Virus record (IMG/VR): IMGVR_UViG_3300028772_000011
Coordinates: 29,275 to 93,274 of that record
Reading direction: 5' to 3' (one strand)
Length of the DNA stretch: 64,000 bases
Origin: a virus
Translations under genes and position numbers: made by a program
Shown here: piece by piece, positions 19,740 through 27,912 of the stretch
Layout of the letters: every line of letters starts with the position of its first letter
Numbering within the stretch: position 1 is the first letter of the stretch
Notes under the pieces: model-generated
Told to the model about the DNA's origin: nothing
The model's input: only the letters and a program-made list of their open reading frames with translations
Databases searched by the model: none

Positions 19740-22010
19740 TTATACTATTTCAAGAAATGAACCATCTGGTACAACCGCGGATACACTATCAAAATCTTCC
19801 CATATATTAGTATAATAATATCCTTGTTTTGCATTACCTTGTTTTAATTTACGACCCATCATTTCATTGGCCATTTCATCGCTACAAGGATCTTCGTATG
19901 TATTTGACATATCACCGATTATAACAACCTGAAAAATAGTTGGAACTGAATCAAATGGGATTAAATCTTTACTTGAAAAATAAACAGCTCTTTTCTTTCT
20001 TTGTTCTGGGTAATAATCATCATCTGGAACATCTTCTGTTGCATTAAAATTCATTATTGGGTCATACCCTATTATGTAATTCTTCCTTTCAAGTGTTTTT
20101 TTTCCAGCTAATAATGTTTTACCATATTCTCTTTTTCCATCCCATTCACCGACAGCTGGAACACCAATTTTTGCTTGTAATGCTTGTGTTGCAGCCATTT
20201 TTGTACCTATATGTATTCCACTTTTTCCGTTTAAAGATCTATCAGTAGTTCCGTGGTAAAACAAAGGGTGTCCATCTTTTAGTATAAGTTGTTCACGTAA
20301 GAAGTTTTTTTTTACTATATTTGATGTTTCTTCATTAATCACTAAACCTCTATCATCCAATTCTACAATATATAATTCATTTTCTTTTGCTAATGTTAAT
20401 ATATGATTTAATAATTTTTGTTTTGAATCATCAAATATACCATTCTCTGGAGATGGACCATAACACAATTTAAATTCGTGATTATTTAAAGGGGTTGATC
20501 CATTAACTTTATAAATATTTGGAAACCATTTAATAATATCTTTTTGTTTTTCCTTATCAAAATCAACTGATTGAGTACTAAAATTGATTTTATATATATT
20601 ACCACCATATATTAAACTACCATTTCTCCAGTCAACCAATTTAGAATTGATATTATTTTCTCTAATATTCCATTTTGCCTGACCATTTTTAATCATATCC
20701 TTATGATTCAAGCTTTCCTTATCACCGAATGCTGGCATATCAAACGCAATATCACCAATATTTCCCAAGGCGACTGCTTCATCGTTAATGATTCCACCAA
20801 GTTCATCGATTGAAAAATAACCATCTCTATCAACACCTAAATTGAAATCCTCAGCCTCAAAATATTCATCATCTTTATTATTATTATTATTTCCACCATT
20901 TAGCATACTATCAATAGAAGAAAAATCATTTTCTCTTTCAATTTGACGCTCTAAGCGATCTATAAACGACTTACCTTTTCTGGTACCAGCGAAAATTTCT
21001 TTTACTCTAACATTAAATTCATTTACTTCCAACGATATTAATTCAACGAATATTTCAGGTATCAGTTTTTTATTCTTAACACCATTAATAATTAAATCAT
21101 ATAATCCAACACCAAATCTTTTATCCCAGTTTTCAGCCAATAAAAAATCGGCCTTACCAATTACATATTCTGCATCTCGTATATTTTTTGGTAGTCCGTG
21201 AGAAGACATTAATTCCATCACACCTTTAATAGTTTCAAACACGAGTACTGGAAATATGATTGCCTCTGATACTATAGATGGTTCGGTAGATGACAAATTA
21301 ACTGAAACATACCCACCAAGGTTATTAGTTTCTGGTTTAATTTCCTTTACAAACGTTAGGTAATCATTTAACGCAATGATATTATAATATAATTCTGGTA
21401 GTTTAGGATTAAGTTCATAAATCTTGTTTAAAATAGTTGAGTAATCAGATGACAATCTCACAGACGCCCCTTGTATCAATGAATCTATTATTCGACGTTT
21501 ATATATTTCTTTTCCCAAATCATCCATTTCAGAAACCTCACCAAAATCCGTATCATCCAAAATAAGTGGTTCCAAATTCTGTTCCTTATCAGGTGTGATT
21601 ATATCCTTTAAAGAACACTCAATATCCAATTCACCAGGTTCTAAATTAAATTGTTCACAAACATATTCATAACATATTTTTTCAAGATCTTCACGTATGT
21701 TAATTTCAATTGATTTTGCTTTTGATATATATTCCGTTAACTTAGTAATTAAATAATTTTTATCATATTGTTCTAAGTCGTTTATTTTACCAACAGCTCT
21801 ACCAACTTCATTAAACCGTTTTAAAAGTAGTTTATATTCAAACGAACTCTCATCTCCTGGTGGGAAAGTAGGGTGATCACCTAACGAAGTCTTATGCTGT
21901 TTTATCGAATTACTTATGAATTTAGGTAAAGTAAGTTTATCCAACTGTTTTTCTTCAATTAGCTTCATTCTTAGTTCTTTCAATTGTGATTCCGTTATTA
22001 AAATATTCAT
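19740..22010 (-). CDS. multidomain virion protein with C-terminal ADP-ribosyltransferase-like domain
   Basis: N-terminal ILITESQLKELRMKLIEE motif; C-terminal PLFYHGT..GIHIGT..AA..GYYYTN..ED..SVSAVV. Confidence 0.55.
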   Translation of the reverse strand: MNILITESQLKELRMKLIEEKQLDKLTLPKFISNSIKQHKTSLGDHPTFPPGDESSFEYKLLLKRFNEVGRAVGKINDLEQYDKNYLITKLTEYISKAKSIEINIREDLEKICYEYVCEQFNLEPGELDIECSLKDIITPDKEQNLEPLILDDTDFGEVSEMDDLGKEIYKRRIIDSLIQGASVRLSSDYSTILNKIYELNPKLPELYYNIIALNDYLTFVKEIKPETNNLGGYVSVNLSSTEPSIVSEAIIFPVLVFETIKGVMELMSSHGLPKNIRDAEYVIGKADFLLAENWDKRFGVGLYDLIINGVKNKKLIPEIFVELISLEVNEFNVRVKEIFAGTRKGKSFIDRLERQIERENDFSSIDSMLNGGNNNNNKDDEYFEAEDFNLGVDRDGYFSIDELGGIINDEAVALGNIGDIAFDMPAFGDKESLNHKDMIKNGQAKWNIRENNINSKLVDWRNGSLIYGGNIYKINFSTQSVDFDKEKQKDIIKWFPNIYKVNGSTPLNNHEFKLCYGPSPENGIFDDSKQKLLNHILTLAKENELYIVELDDRGLVINEETSNIVKKNFLREQLILKDGHPLFYHGTTDRSLNGKSGIHIGTKMAATQALQAKIGVPAVGEWDGKREYGKTLLAGKKTLERKNYIIGYDPIMNFNATEDVPDDDYYPEQRKKRAVYFSSKDLIPFDSVPTIFQVVIIGDMSNTYEDPCSDEMANEMMGRKLKQGNAKQGYYYTNIWEDFDSVSAVVPDGSFLEIV

Positions 22011-22012
22011 AA

Positions 22013-23302
22013 TTATTTTTTTGTTAACATTTCAATCAATTCATTTTTTGTAAATGATTTCCTATCATATTTTTTATTGTTCTTATGCGCTTTATCTTTT
22101 GATTTGAAACCAGGTCCTTTATCATCCATCTCCATCTCCCTATCAGCCTTTTTAATTGCCTTTACATAATCACCATTCTTATCGCGAACAGCTTTTGCTT
22201 CGACCATCATACCAATAATTTGATTCTTTGTCACAATTATTTTTGATTCATTTGTATTACCAATTTCAATCTTATCAGTGTCTTTATTATATAATGTTGA
22301 ATCATTTTGCAATTTAGCCGTCTTTGCTTGTAATTGAGGATCATTAGCATCTAATTCATAGGTTGATTCTTCAATTGGTTGTTCTTTAATCCTGTGTTTT
22401 GGGTTTATTTGGTCCGTATATATAAAAGGTTCATTATCTTCTTTAATTAATGTATTTGCTATTTTTTGAAGCATCTCTGTTAATTCTCCTTTAGTCAATT
22501 TCATTGTGTTTTCTTTTACTTTGTTGTTATTATTTTTTTCATCCCAAAACTTATATAATGCTTTTTGTAATCTATTTTTAACGTTATCCGATAAAAGATT
22601 GTACCCACTAAATGTTTGTTTAAAAGTTTTTAATATCTGGTCAAAACTTCCACCCATATATCTTTTTGTTGCGAATTCAGAAAATCTTGCCCAATATTCG
22701 TGTGGCAAGGTTAAATATATTTGACGTGTTTTATCATCCATCACCGCACCTGGACTAAGAGGCTTATAATTTAAATTTTTATAGTAGTTTTTTGATTTTT
22801 TGTCATTTGCATAATTACCATTACTTCTAAAATCATCATAAGCGTGTTGTAGTTCATGTATCAAGATATTACGAATAGCCGACCCAAGTGAAATTCGCAA
22901 TAATTGAGCTGCTTTTTCTACCGACCAGTCAGTTTTTAATTTATAAAATTCAACACCATAACCTATTTCAGCAACAAATTCATTAAAATTTTCAATTTTT
23001 AACCATATTTCCCCACCGCTTTTCTTACCGTTTGGTATAAATACACCTGAAGAACTAAAATTATTTATGAAACGTATATTAATATCAGTTTTATCAATAA
23101 AATCTTTTAATAATGGATATATTGATTTATCATAGATTATATCACATAAAAACCCATATTCAAAATTAAAATATTCCTCAGAATCCAAACCGTTTATTAT
23201 TCTTTTAATAAAATCCGTATTCTTATCTGCGAAAAATTGAACTATCTGAATGGATAATTTTTCTATCTCAGTTATTTCAGCGTATCCTTCTTTTAATTCC
23301 AT
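22013..23302 (-). CDS. zincin-type metallopeptidase domain virion protein
   Basis: ILIHELQHAYD plus downstream HEYWARFSE; three copies of the cargo-like motif in the C-terminal third. Confidence 0.65.
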   Translation of the reverse strand: MELKEGYAEITEIEKLSIQIVQFFADKNTDFIKRIINGLDSEEYFNFEYGFLCDIIYDKSIYPLLKDFIDKTDINIRFINNFSSSGVFIPNGKKSGGEIWLKIENFNEFVAEIGYGVEFYKLKTDWSVEKAAQLLRISLGSAIRNILIHELQHAYDDFRSNGNYANDKKSKNYYKNLNYKPLSPGAVMDDKTRQIYLTLPHEYWARFSEFATKRYMGGSFDQILKTFKQTFSGYNLLSDNVKNRLQKALYKFWDEKNNNNKVKENTMKLTKGELTEMLQKIANTLIKEDNEPFIYTDQINPKHRIKEQPIEESTYELDANDPQLQAKTAKLQNDSTLYNKDTDKIEIGNTNESKIIVTKNQIIGMMVEAKAVRDKNGDYVKAIKKADREMEMDDKGPGFKSKDKAHKNNKKYDRKSFTKNELIEMLTKK

Positions 23303-24117
23303 TTTTTACCTGTTTTAATATCAGATATTACACTAGGTCCAACCCCATACAACACAGCGATATCTTTTTGCTTCATCGTATGTGATTTTAATAGTTCCTT
23401 TATTTCCATTACTATTTCAGGTTTTAATTTAAAATGAAAGTTTCCAGAACTAAAATTCTTTTTTGAATTTATTTTATGAGTAACCCACTCAAGATTTTCC
23501 ACTCTATTATCTGTTTTAACATTGTTAATATGATTAACTTCGCAACCTTTTTTATATTCACAAAATGCCATTGCAACTAATCTATGTACACGAAGCGTTT
23601 TTCTGACTCCCTTATCATTATTTAATGCAATGAAACAATATTTATCACTCGATAGATTTTGTTTTAAAATAAATGAATCTACTTTCTTTATTCTACCTAA
23701 ATTAGAAACAAGGTATTTTTTAAAACCAATTATTTCTTTCCATTCCTCATCTTTTAAATCTTTAATTTCAATGTTTTTATAAATTTGCCTTGCTGAATTA
23801 CGATAATCTTGTTCAATTCTCGCTTGTTTTATATCCTCATATTCAACATTAATCTCCATAATAGGAATAAATCCATCAATATTAACATTAATTACATCAC
23901 CATAGTATTTAATGGTTTCAATATATGGCTGAGTAAATTGGTAATTAATAAATATAAAATTATCTCCGTTCCATTGTGCAACTCTTGTATTTCTACATGT
24001 TCCAGTATAATAAAATCCTTTTTTTAATTCACTTTTTAGTATCAAAATATGTAGGTTATAAATATATTTATTTTTATTAAATTTAGAATACAAAATCTTT
24101 CGAATCAGTTCCTTCAA
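23293..24117 (-). CDS. NUMOD4-HNH homing endonuclease with extra N-terminal domain and C-terminal HTH
   Basis: EEWKEI..YLVSNLGRIK; VHRLVA..F; VNHINNVKTDNRVENLEWVT..N; QKDIAVLYGV. Confidence 0.85.
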   Translation of the reverse strand: MKELIRKILYSKFNKNKYIYNLHILILKSELKKGFYYTGTCRNTRVAQWNGDNFIFINYQFTQPYIETIKYYGDVINVNIDGFIPIMEINVEYEDIKQARIEQDYRNSARQIYKNIEIKDLKDEEWKEIIGFKKYLVSNLGRIKKVDSFILKQNLSSDKYCFIALNNDKGVRKTLRVHRLVAMAFCEYKKGCEVNHINNVKTDNRVENLEWVTHKINSKKNFSSGNFHFKLKPEIVMEIKELLKSHTMKQKDIAVLYGVGPSVISDIKTGKKWN

Positions 24118-24499
24118 ATACCATATTTCTTTTTGCTAAAGTGATTTCTATTTCAGAAATAACCAAACCAAATGGAAACACTATTCTACCTTCCTCTGGA
24201 TAACTTTCATACCCATCAATATTTTCCCACAGCAAACTGAGTATTAAATCCTTACAATCCATAAAACTGTGGCTGCTAGAATCTTTTGCTAAATCAAACT
24301 TTATTTTTGTTTTAAGTATTTTAATAGTATCATATACACTTTTTTCTGGAACTCCTAAATTACATATACTTGCAGGTTTCGTATCAGCATCGGTAATCCA
24401 AAAATATTCTGGGTCATCCGTAAAATAAAATTCATAGGTATAATTGTCTTCGGAATTTTTGCCTAATTTATTAACGTATACTAATTTCTGGTCACTCAT
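24083..24499 (-). CDS. hypothetical protein
   Basis: 138-aa ORF in late operon. Confidence 0.7.
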   Translation of the reverse strand: MSDQKLVYVNKLGKNSEDNYTYEFYFTDDPEYFWITDADTKPASICNLGVPEKSVYDTIKILKTKIKFDLAKDSSSHSFMDCKDLILSLLWENIDGYESYPEEGRIVFPFGLVISEIEITLAKRNMVFEGTDSKDFVF

Positions 24500-24505
24500 A
24501 ATTTT

Positions 24506-24796
24506 TTACATCATTGGTCTTATTTGATCTTTTTCACTTGCTTTAATCGTGTTAATAATTTCATATCTAACTATGTTATTAAACTCTTTATCCAGCCTTT
24601 GTTTAATGAAGCTATCCATATTTTTAGCCGCATCATTCTCATCTTTAAACACAAGTGAAAACGATAAATCACATTCATCAAAACCAGCAAATAACACCCT
24701 AGTATGGATTTTATATGTAACCATTGACCAAGGGTCTGTGTATTCTAATATAACTTTTTTAATTACATTTTTTAGGTTGCTTTCGTTTAAAACCAT
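24506..24796 (-). CDS. small putative head-internal protein
   Basis: begins LNESNLKNVIKKVILE (cargo-like motif); first gene after late promoter. Confidence 0.55.
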   Translation of the reverse strand: MVLNESNLKNVIKKVILEYTDPWSMVTYKIHTRVLFAGFDECDLSFSLVFKDENDAAKNMDSFIKQRLDKEFNNIVRYEIINTIKASEKDQIRPMM

Positions 24797-24810
24797 ATGA
24801 TTGACATTTT

Positions 24811-24825
24811 ATTTTAATATAAATA
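24811..24825 (-). promoter_or_regulatory. late promoter TATTTATATTAAAAT
   Basis: exact 15-mer. Confidence 0.7.
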
Positions 24826-24853
24826 CTTCAAATAGACAAAAAAGTTAGTATTC

Positions 24854-24887
24854 AACTTGTTTATTTCATATTTTAAACGTACATTTG
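24854..24887 (+). promoter_or_regulatory. Bacteroidota sigma-A-type promoter
   Basis: AACTTG-N20-TACATTTG. Confidence 0.8.
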
Positions 24888-24914
24888 TGGAAACTAAATA
24901 AAAATTAAAAGAAA

Positions 24915-25937
24915 TTGCAAAGATTAATTAACATATTATCTTCATTTTTAGGTGAACCAGACGATTCATCCAACACAAGCGGAGTTAATATTGGGTTTAA
25001 TTGCCCTGTATGCGGGAATACTAACCATAAGCTGATTGTCTCACCACGAATAAATGCGTATAAATGCTGGATTTGCTCAGAAACGAACCAAACCCACGGT
25101 CCAATTTCAAAATTAATTAAGGAATATGGGACCCCTGAAATATTACAACAATATAAAAATGTAATAAAAGAAATAAAAGCCAGTCGCGAGTATGAGTTGG
25201 ATTTATTTAGTGGTAATGGGATAGCTTTTAGTGAAGATGAGGATGATAAGATCAGGTTCGTGGATCATACGTATGATTTTCAATTTGGGGGGCTTAAACA
25301 AGAGGAAAATGCGTTAAACTATCTACTTCAACGTGGGTTTGATGAAAATCAAATTAGAAAATATGGCTTAAAATATACTACTTACGATTGTAAGGATAAA
25401 AGATGGTGGAATAGAATTATAATTCCATCATATAACAAATATAATGAACTTGATTATTACACTGGTCGAGATTACATTGGTAATTCTAAACAAAAATATT
25501 TAAATTGTGATTATGAAAGACGTGATATTATTTTTAACGAAAGTTTAATAAATTTTGATGGAGACATTTGTCTTTTAGAGGGGCCGCTTGATTCTACGAG
25601 TGTACCTAACTCAATTCCATTAATGGGTAAATCTTTAAATCCAGGTTGTTATCTTTTTGATTGTTTATTAAAATTTTCAACCGCTGATATAATCGTTTTT
25701 TTGGATAATGATGCAACTGAAGACTGTAAAAGTATATGTAGAAAATTATGTGATGCTGGATTAGGTGATAGACTAAAATTCGTACCAACAGAAGAATTAA
25801 GATTAAAGTTATATCCAATATATTTGAAAAAAGGGATTGATTTAAAGAAATTAGATCCAAGCAAACTTTTTGAACTGGGAGGTTATAAATCTATATGCTG
25901 GGCGTTACGCAACATCAAGAATTTCGAGTGTATTTAA
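24915..25937 (+). CDS. DNA primase (T4 gp61/DnaG-like)
   Basis: CPVC..CWIC zinc finger, YLLQRG, RIIIP, KYLN, TOPRIM EGPLD and LDND; TTG start. Confidence 0.9.
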   Translation: MQRLINILSSFLGEPDDSSNTSGVNIGFNCPVCGNTNHKLIVSPRINAYKCWICSETNQTHGPISKLIKEYGTPEILQQYKNVIKEIKASREYELDLFSGNGIAFSEDEDDKIRFVDHTYDFQFGGLKQEENALNYLLQRGFDENQIRKYGLKYTTYDCKDKRWWNRIIIPSYNKYNELDYYTGRDYIGNSKQKYLNCDYERRDIIFNESLINFDGDICLLEGPLDSTSVPNSIPLMGKSLNPGCYLFDCLLKFSTADIIVFLDNDATEDCKSICRKLCDAGLGDRLKFVPTEELRLKLYPIYLKKGIDLKKLDPSKLFELGGYKSICWALRNIKNFECI

Positions 25938-25946
25938 TTTACATTA

Positions 25947-26042
25947 TATCGGTAATTTTATGTTATCGGTAAAATAACCGATAAAAGCTATTTATCGGTA
26001 AAAAGACTTATAAACACCATTTATAAGCTAAAACGCTTATAA
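25947..26042. repeat. nested direct/inverted repeats (TATCGGT x4, TTATAA x3)
   Basis: TATCGGTAA at 25947, 25964, 25993; inverted ACCGATA at 25977; two overlapping TTATAA hairpins 26007-26042. Confidence 0.75.
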
Positions 26043-26074
26043 AAAATGCTGAGATTAATTTCCCAGCATTTTTT
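26041..26074. terminator. bidirectional terminator
   Basis: AAAAAATGCTG / CAGCATTTTTT. Confidence 0.8.
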
Positions 26075-26077
26075 TGT

Positions 26078-26332
26078 TTATCTTAAACCGTTAATCTTAA
26101 AACCTTGTAATGAACAAATAGATTTTCCAGAGTCACTTATATAAAAAATATCTTCTAAACTCCCAACTTCAATAGCAAAACCAGTAGATTTTTCTTTGAT
26201 TAATTTTTTATCTTCCAGCCACTTCATAATCCCATTACGCTTTAATTTAGCCGTGAAGCAAACTTCGAATGAGGAATATCCATCATCTATTAGTTTTTGT
26301 AAAACTGTCTTTTCAATTTTTTTCTTTTTCAT
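26078..26332 (-). CDS. hypothetical protein
   Basis: 84-aa ORF overlapping the MTase end. Confidence 0.6.
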   Translation of the reverse strand: MKKKKIEKTVLQKLIDDGYSSFEVCFTAKLKRNGIMKWLEDKKLIKEKSTGFAIEVGSLEDIFYISDSGKSICSLQGFKINGLR

Positions 26333-27068
26333 TTTCTAATCTTTCTTTTATTCTTATAATTGATTTATCATAATATTCAGTTTCTTTCTCCATCATTATC
26401 CAATCCCTGCCCGTATTAATCGATGCAATGGCCGTAGTTGAACTTCCAGCACAGCTATCAAGAACTAAGTCACCCTCATTAGAGAATGTCTTAATAATCT
26501 CCTCAATCAATAATATAGGTTTCTGTGTTGGGTGTAGTGCAGATTTTTGTTTATCAGTTACAAATGTCCAAACACTTTTTGGATAACGTTCGGTACTATC
26601 ATAAGATGTTAATCCATATTCACCATAATTTGTAGTTTGTTTACTATTTCTTTTATGTTTAGCGGTTGATACTTTCCTTTCGTGTCCAAATGTTTTTTGA
26701 GGATTATAAGTTGGTGGTTTTTTATAAAATACACAAATATCCTCGTGTGACCTTAATGGCATTTTTTTAGCATTTAAATGACCAGTAGCTGTTGTTTTTT
26801 GCCAAATAATATTGTATCTCCACATCTTCTCATTGGATAACATCATTTTTGCGGTAAACATTCCATTTGCGAATAAAACTATAGCCCCATCATCCTTGAT
26901 AATTCGTTCGTATTGTTCCCATAAAAGTTCAAATGGAATTATAATATCCCATTTGTTTCGAGTAGATCCGTAAGGGTGGTCTGTACATATTAAATCAATG
27001 CTTTTATCATCAATAGATTTCATCAACTCAAGGCAATCACCTTGATATATATTATTTTTTTCTAACAT
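26313..27068 (-). CDS. DNA N4-cytosine/N6-adenine methyltransferase (beta class)
   Basis: GDCLELM, ICTDHPYG (DPPY-like), HPTQKP, VLDSCAGS. Confidence 0.9.
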   Translation of the reverse strand: MLEKNNIYQGDCLELMKSIDDKSIDLICTDHPYGSTRNKWDIIIPFELLWEQYERIIKDDGAIVLFANGMFTAKMMLSNEKMWRYNIIWQKTTATGHLNAKKMPLRSHEDICVFYKKPPTYNPQKTFGHERKVSTAKHKRNSKQTTNYGEYGLTSYDSTERYPKSVWTFVTDKQKSALHPTQKPILLIEEIIKTFSNEGDLVLDSCAGSSTTAIASINTGRDWIMMEKETEYYDKSIIRIKERLENEKEKN

Positions 27069-27069
27069 C

Positions 27070-27912
27070 TCAAAAATTTACAAATTCTTCAACATTTTCA
27101 TTTAAATCTTCCAAAGAATTGATACGGAACTTATAATACCCATAATCTGAGGATATATCGTGTTCTTCATATGTAATGTCTGTTGTATCAAATAAATCCC
27201 AAATAAGAAACCCGTGCCCACTGTTAACCGTTTCACCAAAATTTTGTTGAATTAGCGAACCAGGTTGAACGATTTTAATTCCATTATAATCTTGTTCTTG
27301 ACGTAAATGTACATCTCCACATAATACAGCATCTGAACCATCAAACATTTCAAGACTTTTGCCGTGTTCAAACATAAATCCACTTTCATTTTTAAGTCCA
27401 ATTGTCATACCATGAAATAAGGATAGAAATATTTTATCTGAGTATTCTATTTTTTTTAATTTTATATCAATTGGTGTATGATTATCAAATACAGAAAATA
27501 AAGACCACATAATATTTTCATCTTCATAAAATCCACCTTTATAACCCAATTCCATATCTAAATATATAATATTAGGTAACTCAAGCATTTGAACAATAGG
27601 AGTTAGGCTATCTACGCGATCTTTATTATTTTCTAAAAAATCATGATTACCACTAATGATAATTGTTTTACATATTTTATCACACTCCCTAAGAAACCAA
27701 CTAAGTAGTTGATTCTGTTCATTTGACACGGTAATCTTAGAATGGACTAAATCTCCAACGATACAAATTCGAGTAGATTCTTTTCCGTTTTCATCAACAA
27801 TTTCTTTTGCTTGTTTTAAAAATTCTGTTATTACTTCCTTATATTCTTGGTGACGTTGAAAATTTCTAATATGTATATCAGCCAAATGAATTACCTTAGT
27901 TATTTTTTGCAT
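27070..27912 (-). CDS. Mre11/SbcD-like recombination nuclease (gp47-like)
   Basis: HLADIH, GDLVH, GNHD, FHG, GDVH, PGSLIQQNFGE. Confidence 0.9.
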   Translation of the reverse strand: MQKITKVIHLADIHIRNFQRHQEYKEVITEFLKQAKEIVDENGKESTRICIVGDLVHSKITVSNEQNQLLSWFLRECDKICKTIIISGNHDFLENNKDRVDSLTPIVQMLELPNIIYLDMELGYKGGFYEDENIMWSLFSVFDNHTPIDIKLKKIEYSDKIFLSLFHGMTIGLKNESGFMFEHGKSLEMFDGSDAVLCGDVHLRQEQDYNGIKIVQPGSLIQQNFGETVNSGHGFLIWDLFDTTDITYEEHDISSDYGYYKFRINSLEDLNENVEEFVNF

